Shown here piece by piece: positions 63,377 to 64,000 of a stretch of 64,000 nt of DNA. The DNA comes from a virus (lineage: Duplodnaviria > Heunggongvirae > Uroviricota > Caudoviricetes). The notes beneath the pieces were generated by a model. The model saw only the letters and a program-made list of their open reading frames with translations. It was not told the DNA's origin and searched no databases. The position numbers and the translations under genes were made by a program. The first letter of the stretch is position 1. Each line of letters begins with the position of its first letter. The stretch is taken from IMG/VR virus record IMGVR_UViG_3300047552_001889, positions 64,001 to 128,000 of that record. One strand, 5' to 3'.

Positions 63377-63751
63377 ATGGGAGTCATTAAAGAAAAAAGT
63401 AACTATAAGTTTGTGGATGAAGGTGGAAAAACAATTGCTTCATGCTTTTGTGGCGTTGTTCCAGAGAATCTGGTAAACAAGCTTGAGTCGTTACCAATGA
63501 ATGACTCCAATACAAAAAGTATCATGGGCTTTTATGTAATGAATAACAGTCGTGGTAAAGGTTTTGGAAAATTTCTCATGCAAGAAATTATTAAGAAAGA
63601 AAAAGAAAAAGGCACACAATACCTCACTCTAGGTGTATCCAAGAACAACGAAAAAGCAATTAACCTCTACAAGAATTGCGGATTTGTTATCGAGGGAAAT
63701 TGCTCTGCAGGAGAAGGCTATCACTTTATGTATCTTGACTTAAACTCTTAA
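63377..63751 (+). CDS. GNAT acetyltransferase
   Basis: FYV..NSRGKGFGK.L (motif A), N.KAINLYK.CGF. Confidence 0.9.
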   Translation: MGVIKEKSNYKFVDEGGKTIASCFCGVVPENLVNKLESLPMNDSNTKSIMGFYVMNNSRGKGFGKFLMQEIIKKEKEKGTQYLTLGVSKNNEKAINLYKNCGFVIEGNCSAGEGYHFMYLDLNS

Positions 63752-63760
63752 GTTTAAAAA

Positions 63761-63798
63761 AACAAAAAAGCCAAGAATTAATTCTTGGCTTTTTTGTT
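63761..63798. terminator. perfect 38-bp palindrome, bidirectional terminator
   Basis: AACAAAAAAGCCAAGAATT/AATTCTTGGCTTTTTTGTT between convergent genes. Confidence 0.85.
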
Positions 63799-63868
63799 CT
63801 TAATTTCCGTAAACTGTTCCATCTGGTTGTTTAACACCGAAGGCTGACAATGTATATATTGTCTTCGT

Positions 63869-64000
63869 TTATCCAGTGTTTTCTTCACCTAAAACAACAG
63901 CAACTTCTGATTTTTTGGTCCTAACTTCAAAATTCATCTCAGTTGTATCAACTGTAAATTTAACTGTTTCACAGATTTCAAAATCAGGATTGTCTTCCAA
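63869..64000 (-). CDS. 3' end of a - strand gene entering from beyond the window
   Basis: Open frame LEDNPDFEICETVKF...GEENTG*; converges on the terminator. Confidence 0.5.
   Translation of the reverse strand: MEDNPDFEICETVKFTVDTTEMNFEVRTKKSEVAVVLGEENTG

Noticed and set aside
63800-63871. In-frame TAA in the terminal - strand gene followed by 22 more sense codons ending at the terminator (possible read-through or sequence error)
   Set aside because: The gene is cut by the window edge, so a premature stop cannot be told from a true end without reads or homologs.
1-64000. Alternative genetic code (TAG or TGA reassignment as in some jumbo phages)
   Set aside because: Code 11 already gives near-complete tiling with intact conserved proteins, and TAG and TGA both occur as terminal stops.

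Overview
AT-rich, very gene-dense 64 kb segment that reads as the accessory (early/middle) region of a large, jumbo-type dsDNA phage, translated with standard code 11. It holds about 130 mostly short ORFs, nearly all on the + strand. Recognisable products: ATP-dependent DNA ligase, DenV, thymidine kinase, peptide deformylase fused to a SEC-C motif, a RadA/Sms-like ATPase (partial, - strand), Nudix, HD, HAD, GNAT, nucleotidyltransferase, a metallophosphoesterase fused to an N-deoxyribosyltransferase-like domain, bestrophin, GH73 glucosaminidase, DUF262-type proteins and a GIY-YIG homing endonuclease. No structural genes, tRNAs, rRNA or CRISPR array were seen. The strongest non-coding signal is 19 copies of an ECF-sigma-type promoter, TGWAAC-N16-CGTA(TAA), all with an identical spacer. 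It coexists with Bacteroidota-type TTTG-N20-TAnnTTTG promoters, which points to a Bacteroidota host (inference). Two of the ECF promoters fire directly into protein-free structured RNA candidates: a stem-enclosed tandem-repeat RNA at 27453-27566 and a multi-hairpin RNA at about 53869-53993 between two DUF262-type genes. The homing endonuclease sits in a split nucleotidyltransferase locus, with the old 5' fragment left behind and an intact diverged allele downstream. All family assignments are by motif recognition only; no database search was run.
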